From: Candidatus Altimarinota bacterium
GTDB taxonomy: Bacteria; Patescibacteriota; Gracilibacteria; UBA1369; GCA-2718715
DNA: 64,000 bases
Assembly: GCA_041242255.1 (NCBI GenBank)
Contig: JBESAV010000001.1
Span: 288,001-352,000 of the forward strand
Reading direction: 5' to 3'
Shown: positions 17,860 through 27,213 of the stretch, one piece after another
Numbering within the stretch: position 1 is the stretch's first letter
How the letters are laid out: each line of letters begins with the position of its first letter
The notes under the pieces: generated by a model
Told to the model about the DNA's origin: nothing
Seen by the model: only the letters and a program-made list of their open reading frames with translations
The model's database searches: none
Program-made: the position numbers and the translations under genes

Positions 17860-20124
17860 CTAACCAATCTTCTCAATCGGAGCAATACTTATGGCTAGTT
17901 TTTTATTACCAACAGCCCGATCATCAAATTTTATAGAAACAACTCCTCCTATCACCGCCACAACTGTTCCTTCTCCAAATTTAGGATGTCTAACCCTGTC
18001 ACCTGTTGCATAATTTCCAATATCTGCAGCATCTGGATTGTAAGCTGGTTTAGGATCTGCCCCAGAATCTTTCCCTATATAACCAGAGTTAAAGTTGTAA
18101 CCACCTCCACTGACACTTTCAGTTGGGATTTTCTTGCGTCCCATTGCATCAACCTTCACAAGTCCAGGGACTTCTCGACCACCAAAGTGCTGTGAGTTAC
18201 TCATCACAAGCTTTTCAGGAATATCACTTAAAAACTGTGATGGAGCATTAGCCTGGATTTCCCCAAATAACATTCTTTGCTTAGCAAAGCTCAACGTCAA
18301 CGACTCCTCAGCTCTAGTTACACCTACATACATCAGCCTTCTTTCTTCTTCCATTTGCTCAGGATCTAACATGCTCCTAGAACTTGGAAATACACCTTCC
18401 TCCATCCCAACCATGAACACATGCGGGAACTCAAGACCCTTAGCAGCATGTAAAGTCATCAAAGTAACTGAAGACGCATTTTCTTCAACTTGATCAGCAT
18501 CTGAGATCAAAGCTACTTCTTCCAAGAAAACAGTTAAAGACATTCCTCCCTCTAGACTATCGTACTTAGATGCAACTGACACTAGCTCTGAAATATTCTC
18601 CAATCTCGACTCAGCCTCAACAGTATTTTCTTCCTTTAGCATATCTCCGTAACCAGTTTCTTCAACCACGTATTTGATCACACTCGAAGCTGATTCAATC
18701 TTAGCCATACCAATTAATTTCCTTAACATCACAACGAATCTTTCTAGATCATCTTTTTTCGAGTCCGATAAAGTATCTATTTCACGAACTCTCTCCAACG
18801 CTCTAAATACGCTAATTCCTCTTTCAGCTGCAAATGTATTTATTTTATTTATAGTTGTAGCTCCCAGTTTTCTGGAAGGCACATTTATAACCCGAAGTAG
18901 GCTTATTGAGTCATCAGGGTTTAGTAAAACCTTTAAGTAAGACATTATATCCTTAATCTCTTTTCTTTCGTAGAACTTTATCCCACCAACAATCCTGTAA
19001 GGTATTCCATACTTCAAAAGTACTTCCTCTAGTACACGCGACTGTGCATTGGTTCTGTAAAGGATTGCAAAGTCTCCATAGTCAGGCGCCTCGTATTTGC
19101 TAAGTATTTTTCCGATTTGATTCACAACATGTACTCCTTCCTCTCTCTCATTATAGGCTTCATAAATCCAAATATCTTCTCCTTCAGAGTTATCAGTCCA
19201 CAACTTCTTCTCTTTTCTTTTCTGATTTTTAACAATCACATTATGAGCCGCTTCAAGGATCTTCTTAGTAGATCTATAGTTTTGTTCCAAAAGAATTACC
19301 TTACAGTCCGGAAAATCTTTCTCAAAATCAAGAATATTCTGCATATTTGCTCCTCTCCAGCTATAGATACTTTGATCAGAATCACCAATAACCATCAAGT
19401 TCCTAAACTTAGACGCCAACTGCCTCACCAAAACATACTGGGCATGATTTGTATCTTGATATTCATCTACACACAGGTATCTAAATTTGTTCTGATAATA
19501 CTCTAAGATTTCAGGATGCTTTTTGAAAAGCTCAACCACTTTCATAATAATATCATCAAAATCCAATGCGTTATTTATCCTTAATTGATCTTGATAGTGG
19601 TCATATACATCCGCAACTTTTTGACTAAAATAATCCATTGCATGTGTCGCAAACTCAACTGGTCCTATTAAATTATTTTTAGCATTTGAAATAGCATACA
19701 AAACAGACTTTGGGTTCATTTGCTTTTCATCCATTTGCATAGATTTCATAATTCTCTTCACCAAAACTTTCTGATCCGTCGTATCATAAATTACAAAATT
19801 ATTCTCCATATCCAACTCGTGTAAATGCTTTCGTAAAATCCTTACACAGATCGAATGAAAAGTCCCAATCACTGGACGGTATCCAGGTGTCCCATCAAGT
19901 AAACCAGAAACTCTTTCTTGCATTTCCATGGCAGCTTTATTTGTAAAAGTCACAGCCATTATATTATCTCCAGGTATACCTTTTTCTTGAATCAAATGTG
20001 CAATTCTGTGGGTTAATGCCTTGGTCTTACCACTTCCCGCACCAGCTACAACTAAAAGTGGTCCATCCACATGCAAAACGGCCTGTTTTTGCTTTTCGTT
20101 AAGACCTTTTATTAAGTCAGAAAT
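17860..20124 (-). CDS. pcrA: ATP-dependent DNA helicase PcrA/UvrD
   Basis: AGAGSGKT, VDEYQDTN, GDSDQSIYSWRGA, LEQNYRST, TLHAAKGLEF, EERRLMYV and a C-terminal Tudor-like domain. The conserved LNEKQKQAV lies upstream of the track's TTG (20076), so the start is placed at ATT 20124. Confidence 0.93.
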   Translation of the reverse strand: MSDLIKGLNEKQKQAVLHVDGPLLVVAGAGSGKTKALTHRIAHLIQEKGIPGDNIMAVTFTNKAAMEMQERVSGLLDGTPGYRPVIGTFHSICVRILRKHLHELDMENNFVIYDTTDQKVLVKRIMKSMQMDEKQMNPKSVLYAISNAKNNLIGPVEFATHAMDYFSQKVADVYDHYQDQLRINNALDFDDIIMKVVELFKKHPEILEYYQNKFRYLCVDEYQDTNHAQYVLVRQLASKFRNLMVIGDSDQSIYSWRGANMQNILDFEKDFPDCKVILLEQNYRSTKKILEAAHNVIVKNQKRKEKKLWTDNSEGEDIWIYEAYNEREEGVHVVNQIGKILSKYEAPDYGDFAILYRTNAQSRVLEEVLLKYGIPYRIVGGIKFYERKEIKDIMSYLKVLLNPDDSISLLRVINVPSRKLGATTINKINTFAAERGISVFRALERVREIDTLSDSKKDDLERFVVMLRKLIGMAKIESASSVIKYVVEETGYGDMLKEENTVEAESRLENISELVSVASKYDSLEGGMSLTVFLEEVALISDADQVEENASSVTLMTLHAAKGLEFPHVFMVGMEEGVFPSSRSMLDPEQMEEERRLMYVGVTRAEESLTLSFAKQRMLFGEIQANAPSQFLSDIPEKLVMSNSQHFGGREVPGLVKVDAMGRKKIPTESVSGGGYNFNSGYIGKDSGADPKPAYNPDAADIGNYATGDRVRHPKFGEGTVVAVIGGVVSIKFDDRAVGNKKLAISIAPIEKIG

Positions 20125-20195
20125 CGTAAATTGTGTTAAAATTAATCTAAAGATATTGTATGATCAAAACCTTTATTCAATCAACCTAAATATAA

Positions 20196-20918
20196 ATGTC
20201 CAAACAAAGACTCGACAAATACCTTGTCGAAACATCCCAGATAGAAAACCGATCCAAGGTTAAAAACCTTATTCGACAAAACTTAATTCGAGTTAATAAT
20301 CAAAACGTAACCAAGCCAGGTTACCTCATAGACCCATCTCAAGACACTATCACCATCAAGCCTCACACAAATTACGTCAGTCGATCAGCATTCAAACTTG
20401 AAGGAGCACTTAACCAACTAAAACTAAACATAGAAGGTAAATCATGTGCAGACATCGGAGCATCCACCGGGGGGTTTACTCAGGTTTTACTACAACATAA
20501 TCCAGAAATAGTTTATGCCATCGATGTAGGTCATAGTCAGCTTCACCCAGATGTATCTGGAGACCCAAGAGTAAAAAACATCGAAAAAACAAATGCCAAA
20601 TCCGATCTACCAATACCAGAGGTAGACTTAATGGTAGCAGATCTAAGTTTTATTTCGGCTCATAAATACACCCTAAATCTTTTCAAATATATCAATCAAG
20701 ATGGAGCTTTACTTCTACTTTTCAAACCCCAGTTTGAAGTTGGAAAAGAAAATCTAAAACCAAATGGAGTTGTTAAATCCCAAAAACCAGTCCAACAAGC
20801 AATTCAAGACTTTGAAAGTTTCCTCCATAAAAATAAATTATTCCTAAGGAGAATAATCCAAACCCAACTCACTGGAAAAAAAGGAAACCAAGAGTACTTC
20901 TTTTTGATCACTAGATAA
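20196..20918 (+). CDS. tlyA: TlyA family RNA methyltransferase
   Basis: S4 domain RLDKYL, YVSRSAFKL, DIGASTGGFT, KPQFE and GKKGNQEY. Confidence 0.92.
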   Translation: MSKQRLDKYLVETSQIENRSKVKNLIRQNLIRVNNQNVTKPGYLIDPSQDTITIKPHTNYVSRSAFKLEGALNQLKLNIEGKSCADIGASTGGFTQVLLQHNPEIVYAIDVGHSQLHPDVSGDPRVKNIEKTNAKSDLPIPEVDLMVADLSFISAHKYTLNLFKYINQDGALLLLFKPQFEVGKENLKPNGVVKSQKPVQQAIQDFESFLHKNKLFLRRIIQTQLTGKKGNQEYFFLITR

Positions 20919-20952
20919 TTTATAATCAGATTACATTTTTTAATTTAAACCT

Positions 20953-21489
20953 ATGCCAAGGTTTCTAGTTGCTGCATTAATTGCAACATTATTATTAGTT
21001 GGTTGTTCTCAAACTCAACTTGAAACAAATCCAACTGAACAAGTTGATACAATCCAAGTTGAGTCAGACATGCCAGACTCAGAAGAGTCAGAAAAAGAAA
21101 TGGAAGATACTGAAATGTCTTCAGAAACAGACCAAGCTGAAACAAATTCAGACTCAGAGGAGGAATCTGAAGCAACTTCATCATCAGCTGTATACACAGC
21201 TTATTCTCCAAATGCATTAGCTGAGTATGAAGGAAAAAACAAAGTAATCTTCTTTCATGCAAACTGGTGCTCAACTTGTAGAGCTCTTGACGCAGAACTA
21301 TCTGAGAAATTCTCAGAGCTTCCAGCTGATACTGTAGTATTAAAAGCGGATTACGATTCAGAAACAGACCTAAGAGCAAAATACGGCGTTAACGCACAGC
21401 ATACTTTAGTCTTTGTTGATGACGAAGGAAACTCTACTAGATCAAATCTCTTGGGGGCAAATTTTACAAAATTACAGTCAGAACTATAG
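20953..21489 (+). CDS. thioredoxin-fold lipoprotein
   Basis: Lipobox LLVGC, acidic Ser/Glu linker and FFHANWCSTC. Confidence 0.85.
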   Translation: MPRFLVAALIATLLLVGCSQTQLETNPTEQVDTIQVESDMPDSEESEKEMEDTEMSSETDQAETNSDSEEESEATSSSAVYTAYSPNALAEYEGKNKVIFFHANWCSTCRALDAELSEKFSELPADTVVLKADYDSETDLRAKYGVNAQHTLVFVDDEGNSTRSNLLGANFTKLQSEL

Positions 21490-21504
21490 ATAAACAAATC
21501 TTAT

Positions 21505-21533
21505 AAAAGCCCCAAAACCTAAAGGGGCTTTTT
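21505..21533 (+). terminator. rho-independent terminator
   Basis: AAAAGCCCC-loop-GGGGCTTTTT. Confidence 0.7.
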
Positions 21534-21625
21534 AGTTATAAAACAATTTTACAAATAAGCACGCCCACATACTGCCACACACAAATCTACATGCTATAAT
21601 TATTTGATAATTTAAAGTGCAAATT

Positions 21626-22282
21626 ATGGAGTTTTATTTGGACACCGCAAACCTAGAAGAGATCAAAAAATATATTGATCTAGGTATAGTCGATGGAGTG
21701 ACCACAAACCCTTCTCTTATAGCCAAAGAAAAAGGAGTCGATTACTCTCAACGAATAAAAGAGATAACCCAGATTGTATCTGGCCCAGTAAGCGCAGAAG
21801 TAATCGCTACTGATTATGAAGGAATGCTTAAAGAAGCTGATCATTACAACTCCATCGCCCCAAACGTATTCGTAAAACTTCCATGCACTCCAAATGGAAT
21901 CAAAGCACTTAAGACACTAAAATCCAAAGGGATAAAAGTTAATATGACTCTTGTTTTCACTGCATCTCAAGCCATAATCTGTGCCAAAAATGGAGCAGAC
22001 TTAATCAGCCCATTTATAGGTAGGTTAGATGATATCTCAAGAGACGGTCTGCATCTTATAAATGAACTTTGTCTAATTTGGGCACAATACAATTTCAAGT
22101 CAAAAATCCTAGTAGCAAGTATAAGAAGTCCACAACACGTTGTTGAATCAGCTAAGATGGGAGCCCATGTTGCAACCATTCCACCAAAATTAATCGATAA
22201 ATTACTCGGACATCCACTTACTGACGAAGGATTAGAAAATTTTTTAAAAGACTACCAAGCCTCTAAAGCCAGTCAATCATGA
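21626..22282 (+). CDS. tal: transaldolase (FSA/TalC-type)
   Basis: YLDTAN, GVTTNPSL, VKLP (Schiff-base Lys), SPFIGRLDD and ASIR. Confidence 0.92.
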   Translation: MEFYLDTANLEEIKKYIDLGIVDGVTTNPSLIAKEKGVDYSQRIKEITQIVSGPVSAEVIATDYEGMLKEADHYNSIAPNVFVKLPCTPNGIKALKTLKSKGIKVNMTLVFTASQAIICAKNGADLISPFIGRLDDISRDGLHLINELCLIWAQYNFKSKILVASIRSPQHVVESAKMGAHVATIPPKLIDKLLGHPLTDEGLENFLKDYQASKASQS

Positions 22283-24198
22283 GTTTAACTAGCAACACCT
22301 TAACCCCGGACCAGCTCAGTCAACTAAATGTCTTCACAAAGGCTTGTAGACAATCAATATTAAAGATGGTCACCAACGCACAGAGCGGACATCCAGGTGG
22401 GTCACTTTCATCGATAGACTTTTTATCAACCTTATATCTAACCAGAATTATTCATACAGGTGAAACAGTGGTCGTATCCAATGGACATATTTCTCCAGCA
22501 GTTTACTCTATTCTTGCTGAATTAGGTTATGTCTCAAAAAAAGACGTAGTTGAAAATTTCAGAAAACTAGGCTCAATTTTCGAAGGTCATGTCACTCGGC
22601 ACGTACCAGGAGTTACCTTTGGTACTGGTCCTCTCGGAGTAGGAGTTTCAGCAGCGTCAGGTTTTGCCCTAGCCGAAAAACAAAATAAAACTGGAAAACA
22701 AGTTTTTGCATTACTAGGTGATGGAGAAGCTCAAGAGGGACAAGTTTACGAGATGATGCACTTCGCAGCTAAATATGATCTAGATAACTTTATTGTTTTA
22801 GTTGATAGCAATCGAGTCCAACTAACCGATTCATTAGAAAAAGTTATGCCAATTGACATAGCATCACATTTTAAATCAGCTGGTTGGAATATACTTGAAG
22901 CCGATGGACATAATTTTCATGAAATAAACTTTGCACTCGACCAAGCCGTAGAATTCAAAGGTGCTCCAACTGTTATCCTAATGAATTCAATCATGGGGCA
23001 AGGCTCATCTCTCATGCAACCAGAAGGTGAAAGTAACAAAGCTACCTGGCATGGTAAAGCCCCATCTCAAGAAGATATCCAAGCTGATATAGACAGTCTT
23101 GAACTCACTCCAGAAGAAAATCAAATTATTCAAGAAATCAAAAACTCAATCGAATGGACTCCAGAAAAACCACAATTTACATCGCCTCTTTCAATACTAG
23201 ATGTAAACACGGGTACTCCCAAACAATATCCAGTTGATAAAGTAATAGATTGCCGTTCAGCTTACGGGAACGCTTTATTAGATTTAGCAGACAAAAACAA
23301 AAATATTATAGCAGTTACGGCTGACCTTAGAGGTTCAGTTAAAACAAAGGCTTTATCAGAGAAACATCCAGAGCAACATTTTGACGTAGGAATCGCCGAA
23401 CAACAAATGCTCTCATTGACTGGTGGTATTTCACTATCAAACCTGATCCCATTCTGCTCAACTTTCGGTGCCTTCATGACATCTAGGGCAAAAGATCAAG
23501 CTAGAGTAAACGACATAAACCAAACCAATGTAAAAATGGTCGCTACTCACTGCGGTCTTTCCGTAGGAGAGGATGGCCCAACTCATCAAGCAATAGATGA
23601 TATTGGATCAATGCAAGGATTATTAAATACAATGGTCATCGAGCCAGTTGATGCAAATCAATGTGATAAAATTACCAGGTTTATAGCCAGTCATTATGGA
23701 AACTTTTATGTTCGAATGGGACGCCACAAGTTCAACCCAATCACCAAAAAAGATGGAACACCATTCTACGATGAAAATTATATATTCAAATACGGTAAGT
23801 CTGATCTTATCCGCCAAGGGAATGATCTAACAATTATTGCCTCTGGAGCATGTGTTTCTGAAGCTATCAAAGCAATTGAGTTCGTTGAAGAGGACTATCC
23901 AGATATTAGTATCGATTTGATAGCGATAAGCTCTCTCAAAGTAATTGACGAAAACATTTTAAGCTCTTTATCTAAAACCAAAAAGCTCATAACAGTCGAA
24001 GATCACACTCCTGTCTCAGGTTTCAATGCTGTACTTTCGCAAGCAATACTAAAAAGTCACATTAAACTAGATGCCTACGAAACCTTAGGAGTAGAGGAAT
24101 ACCAGCTTTCTGGTAAGTGGCATGAGTTATATGCTGAAGCAGGAATAGACAATCAAGCAATCTACACACAGGTAGAGACAATTTTGAATTTGGTTTAA
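22279..24198 (+). CDS. tkt: transketolase
   Basis: SGHPGGSLS, SNGH, GDGEAQEG (TPP motif), GIAEQ and GEDGPTHQ. Confidence 0.92.
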   Translation: MSLTSNTLTPDQLSQLNVFTKACRQSILKMVTNAQSGHPGGSLSSIDFLSTLYLTRIIHTGETVVVSNGHISPAVYSILAELGYVSKKDVVENFRKLGSIFEGHVTRHVPGVTFGTGPLGVGVSAASGFALAEKQNKTGKQVFALLGDGEAQEGQVYEMMHFAAKYDLDNFIVLVDSNRVQLTDSLEKVMPIDIASHFKSAGWNILEADGHNFHEINFALDQAVEFKGAPTVILMNSIMGQGSSLMQPEGESNKATWHGKAPSQEDIQADIDSLELTPEENQIIQEIKNSIEWTPEKPQFTSPLSILDVNTGTPKQYPVDKVIDCRSAYGNALLDLADKNKNIIAVTADLRGSVKTKALSEKHPEQHFDVGIAEQQMLSLTGGISLSNLIPFCSTFGAFMTSRAKDQARVNDINQTNVKMVATHCGLSVGEDGPTHQAIDDIGSMQGLLNTMVIEPVDANQCDKITRFIASHYGNFYVRMGRHKFNPITKKDGTPFYDENYIFKYGKSDLIRQGNDLTIIASGACVSEAIKAIEFVEEDYPDISIDLIAISSLKVIDENILSSLSKTKKLITVEDHTPVSGFNAVLSQAILKSHIKLDAYETLGVEEYQLSGKWHELYAEAGIDNQAIYTQVETILNLV

Positions 24199-24236
24199 AC
24201 TTTGTTAGAATCAACCAAGAAGATAACCAAAACAAC

Positions 24237-24839
24237 ATGTTCAGTTTACCACCTTTAAAGTTCGAGTACGATGCTCTCGAACCACACATAGATGCAAAGA
24301 CTATGAAGATCCATCATTCTAAGCATCACCAGGGATATATCAACAAGCTAAATGCTTCTTTAGAAGGTCACTCAGACCTCCAAAGTAAAGGCATTGTTGA
24401 ACTCCTTACTGATTGGATGAATACTCCTGATGAAATAAAAGAATCAGTCCGAAACAACGGAGGTGGTCACCATAACCACTCAATTTTTTGGAGCATTTTA
24501 TCTCCAGAAAAGAAAGAAATTCCAGAGTCTCTCTCAAAGGCAATAAACGAAGACTTTGGTAGTCTAGAAAAAATGAAAGAAGAATTTACAAAAGCTGCTT
24601 CAAGCCGATTTGGAAGCGGATGGGCGTGGGTTGTAGTAGAAGCTGGAAAGCTAAAAGTAATCTCAACACCAAACCAAGATTCACCACTTATGGATGGACT
24701 AAAGCCAATCCTTGGGCTGGACGTATGGGAACATGCCTATTACCTCAACTACCAGAACCGAAGAGGAGACTACATCGAACATTTCTGGAATCTTGTAGAT
24801 TGGGATCAAGTTAACACTTATTACCAAGATGCTACCTAG
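24237..24839 (+). CDS. sodA: superoxide dismutase (Mn/Fe family, Mn-type signature)
   Basis: HHSKHH, NNGGGHHNH, TPNQD and DVWEHAYY. Confidence 0.95.
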   Translation: MFSLPPLKFEYDALEPHIDAKTMKIHHSKHHQGYINKLNASLEGHSDLQSKGIVELLTDWMNTPDEIKESVRNNGGGHHNHSIFWSILSPEKKEIPESLSKAINEDFGSLEKMKEEFTKAASSRFGSGWAWVVVEAGKLKVISTPNQDSPLMDGLKPILGLDVWEHAYYLNYQNRRGDYIEHFWNLVDWDQVNTYYQDAT

Positions 24840-25623
24840 AAATTACGAAGAAAGCCTCCATTGTGTTGAGAAAGCCTGCCAAATAGCAGGTCTTTCTTTT
24901 AAATACATAGATTCTCAAAAAATATTGGCTAAAGTAACTTACCAATCTGGAAAAGAGTTGTATTTTTTACACAATAAAAACCCCTTTAACTCATACATGT
25001 CAGCCCGGATATGCCAGGATAAAAGTCTCCAGCACACGCTTTATCAAAAAAACGGCATAAAGCATCCCAAAACTAAAAGTTATTTTAGCCCTCTTGCTCC
25101 AAAGTCATTTTCTAAATACAAAAAGTTTCATTCACTCAAAGAAGTAGAGACAGACATACTCTCAAACTTTTCATTCCCTTTTATATTAAAGAAAAATCAA
25201 TCTTCACTCTCCAAAGACGTATTTAAGGTTATGACTAAGCAAGAGCTTGAAGAGCTATTGAAAAAGTACTTCCAACCCAATAAACATGAGATTTTAGTGA
25301 TCCAGGAGTATATCCAGGGTAGAGAAGTAAGAGTAATATCTCTAAAAGGTAACCCTTTACTTGCCTACACAAAAGGAACAAAGTTCAGTCTAACAGACTT
25401 AAAACCACTCAAACTAAACACAGAAGAATTTGAAGGTATATCAGCTCAAATCTACAAACATCTACATGTCGACTTTTCAGGAATTGATCTTATCCAAAAT
25501 GAAAAAGGTATATTTGTAATAGAAACAAACTCAAACCCAGCTTGTTTTTACTACAATAAACACAATGGCAGAGATGACTTTATTCAAGTTTATCTAAAAT
25601 GTCTTCAGGAATATCAAAATTAG
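24829..25623 (+). CDS. ATP-grasp ligase (RimK-like)
   Basis: DKSLQ...HPKT, FPFILK, IQEYIQG.EVR and GIDLI...IETNSNP. Confidence 0.78.
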   Translation: MLPRNYEESLHCVEKACQIAGLSFKYIDSQKILAKVTYQSGKELYFLHNKNPFNSYMSARICQDKSLQHTLYQKNGIKHPKTKSYFSPLAPKSFSKYKKFHSLKEVETDILSNFSFPFILKKNQSSLSKDVFKVMTKQELEELLKKYFQPNKHEILVIQEYIQGREVRVISLKGNPLLAYTKGTKFSLTDLKPLKLNTEEFEGISAQIYKHLHVDFSGIDLIQNEKGIFVIETNSNPACFYYNKHNGRDDFIQVYLKCLQEYQN

Positions 25624-26329
25624 AATGCACCTCTGAAACATCATCATCTTCTTCTATCGCATCCACAATTGATAGTATTTTTTTTGCAGTCTCCTCGTCT
25701 TTAACCTCAACATAGTTATTTGGAATATAGCTAGTCTTAGCCTCAGAGACATTGTACCCTGCATCTTTAATCTTGTTCTTTATATCTATAAGGTCTTTAT
25801 AGTCACAATAAACAACCATTTCACCATCCTCTACACTATCAAATTCTTCCACTCCAAGTTCAATAAGTTCTAGTTGAACCTCATCAGAATCACCTTTAAA
25901 TTTCAAAGTAATAATTCCTTTCTTCTCAAACATATAAGCTACACTACCAGGCTCCGCCCAGTTTGCACCTTTCTTGGTGATAATAGCTTTCACATTAGAT
26001 ACAGTCCTGTTCTTATTATCAGTAATTGCTTCAACCATAAAAGCTGTTCCACCAGGTCCATAAGCTTCATACATAACCTCATGCATCTGCATACCATCCA
26101 TACCTTCTCCAGAACCTTTGGCTATTGCTCTATCAATATTATCATTAGGTACATTCTCCGCTTTTGCATTTTCAATAGCAGTCCTCAAAGATGGGTTCAT
26201 ATCTGGATCTGCCCCTTCTTTCGCAGCATTAGCAATCAATTTTGCATGTTTAGTAAAAATCTTACCTCTTTTTTTATCATTTGCAGTCTTCTTATGTTTA
26301 ATCGAGTGCCATTTCGAATGTCCAGCCAT
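25580..26329 (-). CDS. yebC: YebC/PmpR family protein
   Basis: MAGHSKW, YEAYGPGG, TDNKNRT and DDDVSEVHSN. Confidence 0.96.
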   Translation of the reverse strand: MAGHSKWHSIKHKKTANDKKRGKIFTKHAKLIANAAKEGADPDMNPSLRTAIENAKAENVPNDNIDRAIAKGSGEGMDGMQMHEVMYEAYGPGGTAFMVEAITDNKNRTVSNVKAIITKKGANWAEPGSVAYMFEKKGIITLKFKGDSDEVQLELIELGVEEFDSVEDGEMVVYCDYKDLIDIKNKIKDAGYNVSEAKTSYIPNNYVEVKDEETAKKILSIVDAIEEDDDVSEVHSNFDIPEDILDKLE

Positions 26330-26434
26330 AACTAATATTAAATCTTACGGCTAGTTTAAAGGCAGAGCACCTTTTTATCAAGGACTTAAAAATAATCCAA
26401 AACATATATTCTTAATTTACCAAGTAATCATATA

Positions 26435-26463
26435 TTGACGGTGAGAGAGCCCTCACCTACAAT
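26435..26463 (+). promoter_or_regulatory. lexA promoter with palindromic operator candidate
   Basis: TTGACG-N17-TACAAT, with the perfect inverted repeat GGTGAG-N6-CTCACC (26440-26457) filling the spacer. Confidence 0.75.
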
Positions 26464-26486
26464 GGGTGTGTATATAACCACCAAAC

Positions 26487-27104
26487 ATGGAAGATTTAAC
26501 TTCAAGGCAAGAGCAGGTCCTCAACTTTATTGAGGATTACCAGCTCGACCACGGTAAGTCACCCACTATCCGTGAGATAAAAGAGTTTCTAGATGTATCT
26601 TCAGATAATAGTGTTTTAAAACATCTTAAAGCTCTAGAAAAGAAAGGCTACATAGAAAAGGACGATACCCCTAGAGGTATCAAGCTCCTAGAGAGCATTA
26701 AGCAAAAGTTATCCGCAGAGACTTTCTCCATACCTCTACTAGGTTTCATACCAGCCGGTGGTCCTGTAGGAGCTGAGGAATATGTCGAAGATTATGTAAC
26801 ATTAGATACATCCAATATCAAAAATCCAACCAAGTGCTTCATGCTTTCCGTAACAGGTCAAAGTATGATCGACGCTGGTATCTTCGAAGGTGATCTTTTA
26901 GTTGTAGATTCTTCACGCCAACCCAAAGTAGGAGATATAGTTATTGCTTTAGTTGATAATGAAAATACTGTTAAAAGACTTATTCAAGACTCAAATGGTA
27001 ATTTCTTACTCAAAGCAGAGAACAAAGACTACAACGACATTATCCCAGTAGAGGAACTACAAATCCAAGGAGTCGTAGTAAGCCTCCAAAGAAGTTACTA
27101 CTAA
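26487..27104 (+). CDS. lexA: SOS repressor LexA
   Basis: LTSRQ..VL, SPTIREI, HLKALEKKGYI, PAG cleavage site, GQSM (Ser) and TVKR (Lys). Confidence 0.95.
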   Translation: MEDLTSRQEQVLNFIEDYQLDHGKSPTIREIKEFLDVSSDNSVLKHLKALEKKGYIEKDDTPRGIKLLESIKQKLSAETFSIPLLGFIPAGGPVGAEEYVEDYVTLDTSNIKNPTKCFMLSVTGQSMIDAGIFEGDLLVVDSSRQPKVGDIVIALVDNENTVKRLIQDSNGNFLLKAENKDYNDIIPVEELQIQGVVVSLQRSYY

Positions 27105-27213
27105 AATACATTTCTAACCCAACCAACATGTTCTTATTATTATTTCTTGAAAGCTTAAAGCCAATACCTCAAAGAAGAGATATTCGTACAGATCTTCATT
27201 ATTACCGTTTAGC

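Noticed and set aside
22279-24198. DXP synthase feeding carotenoid synthesis
   Set aside because: The SGHPGGSLS and SNGH motifs and the coupling to transaldolase indicate transketolase.
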